In this document: positions 62,093 to 64,000 of the stretch, one piece after another
Numbering within the stretch: the first letter of the stretch is position 1
Layout of the letters: each line of letters opens with the position of its first letter
NCBI RefSeq assembly: GCF_040938485.1
Contig: NW_027271210.1
Location: 992,001-1,056,000 of the forward strand
Direction of reading: 5' to 3'
Source: Diadema antillarum
Taxonomy: Eukaryota
DNA length: 64,000 bases
Made by a program: the position numbers and the translations under genes
Notes under the pieces: model-generated
Databases searched by the model: none
Told to the model about the DNA's origin: nothing
The model's input: the letters and a program-made list of their open reading frames with translations, nothing else

Positions 62093-63600
62093 CTATTTCC
62101 CTTGGCAAGTAATGAGCAGGTTGACTCTGTTGCAAATGATGCATTTCACAGGCAACACAGCAGAACCTGAAGAGCTTCCAGAAGAAAATCTTGATCTTGA
62201 TGTGAGCGTCTTAGGGGAGGAAACAGATGCTCCTGCTGACGGACCAGGCTCCTCCTTCAGCTTTCGTTTCCTAGCGAGATTCAGGCGTTTGCTATCTATA
62301 AACCTCTTGTAGCACGTTTCATGGAATCCTATTTAATACAATGGAGAAATGAACAGCAATGATTAGCCGTTGGATTTTGTTAGGGGGAAAAAAGGCTAAA
62401 TGCTACAGGGAGGGGTTGAACATTACACTCAATATATCATTAAATGTACGGTAGACTATTGACTGCCAATATTTGAATCTTGTAATTACCAATACACAGG
62501 CCCTAGTACTATGCCAGGTAATCATTAACACCTCATGATCATTGTCATCATCAACTACTTCAACTTGTACTTGCAGTGCAATTACTGATTTTAAATTACA
62601 TCTACAGCTTTCAGCACCTGATCACATGCAATATCAATTATCATAATTATGAATACAACTGCCTTATCATCATTAATACTAATCCTTGGCCTTTCACTAT
62701 CACCACCACCCACTGCTTTATAGTTTGGCACAACATAATGGTAATCATATGTTTTAGGGAGTTTAATTGTTGCAATTATGTTATTGTCATTGTTGGTCTT
62801 TTAGATCTATTTATATCAAATATTAATAAGTTAATTTAATGAGATGCTAAATGTGTGTTTTGAGGGAGGATTCGCCAATTTCGGGGTGAGAGAAACAGGA
62901 TGGATTTTTAATATTAATACTCCATGGCCATGATTATGAAAATATAAATTTACATGCAGTTTAGACCTTTTTCAATCCAGTCCTGTGTGTCAAGACTTTT
63001 ACAAAACAATATCACCGATCAGCTACATCAACCTAACCTGGGCTGTACATAGAACAACATGTAAAATTACATCTAGAGTGTACTGGCGACATTATAACGG
63101 CGCTCTGCCATGCCAAGGTGAAACTCAAGATAATTTATCTAAGTAACAGACACGCTAACGGCTAAGCTACTGCATTAGCGCCCATTATAACATACACAAG
63201 CAACGTTCATAACATAGCTATTAAACGTTGTACAATTGTACTTGTAGTCATCATGGTCATTAACATTATGAGTGAGACTGCACTGCAGTGTCGACTGCTA
63301 CGACTCGACTGTACGCACGTAAACTAACCTGTAAATTAACCTACTAGGCCCTAGGTACTAGTACGTAGGTTGCAGTCAGTCCCCCTGAGCAGCTGAATCA
63401 CTTCGTTCTGGTCTGCGATTTCACGGTCTCCCCCACTCAATTTGATCCACTCTTTGGCACACAAAATAGGTTTCGTCTATCTTAGGTTTGTCATAGCCGT
63501 GAAATTTTCAAACTTCATCGATGTTACATGCATAATAACGCATAATAAGTTTCGGCTGAGCAGACGACGTAGACGCGTCGACAGGCTCACAGGGGGCGGC
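62093..63600 (-). pseudogene. Possible degraded intron-containing transposase-like N-terminus (exons ~63370-63600 and 62093-62328)
   Basis: Acceptor-preceded exon reads GFHETCYKRF...ARKRK...LPVKCIIC; upstream pieces MAAP..., CVIMH, KEWIKL...EIA need frameshifts; family not identified. Confidence 0.3.
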
Positions 63601-64000
63601 CATTTTGACTCGTAAACAATAATTCTCGATTCGGATTGGATAACATACATCACATGATCGTTCGCGAATGAATATCGTACACGACAAAGTGTACATATTC
63701 AGCTCCTCAGTGACAAAAAAGTTCACTGTTTCCCCCTAAATTACCAAAATACTGCAGGAGGGTTTGTGTCGAACTTTTTCCTGTAGCCTTTTTGGTTATT
63801 TGTTTACACGTAGCTGTGGAGAAATTTTAGTGCCGCAGTTGTCGGAACGAAACAAGCCGATCGCTTCTGGGACGTATTCTTCCGGTTTTGCGATTCTGGA
63901 AAATGGTACCCGAAGACCCTACGTAGTGCAGAATCTTCGATCGTACATTCCTTCCTGTAAATGTCTTGGACAAATACGCGAGTGTGAATTCAGGTCGAAG

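Overview
AT-rich animal genomic DNA, probably an invertebrate deuterostome such as a sea urchin (inferred from repeat and gene families, not proven). The backbone is a tandem array of TRIM genes whose whole coding region sits in one exon (RING, two B-boxes, coiled coil, NHL-like beta-propeller). Two intact paralogs lie at 27252-29102 and 49417-51264, and the 3' flank of a third unit lies at about 5-20 kb. The array is packed with transposons: an L1-type ORF1 relic, L2/CR1/RTE fragments, a full-length frameshifted CR1/Crack-like LINE, a hAT element with an 8-bp TSD, several MITEs and a tRNA-derived SINE head. The standout is a young, full-length Ty3/Gypsy LTR retrotransposon (6140-15982; 1102-bp LTRs with 3 differences; tRNA-Leu PBS). 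In the position where env would sit, it carries an intact intronless ORF for a Nanos protein (NOT1-interacting motif, perfectly spaced CCHC-CCHC finger, Nanos C-terminal motif) fused to two C2H2 fingers and an S/T-P-rich tail. A consensus splice donor in the LTR and acceptors just before this ORF suggest an env-like spliced mRNA. Pol in this copy has three disabling lesions.
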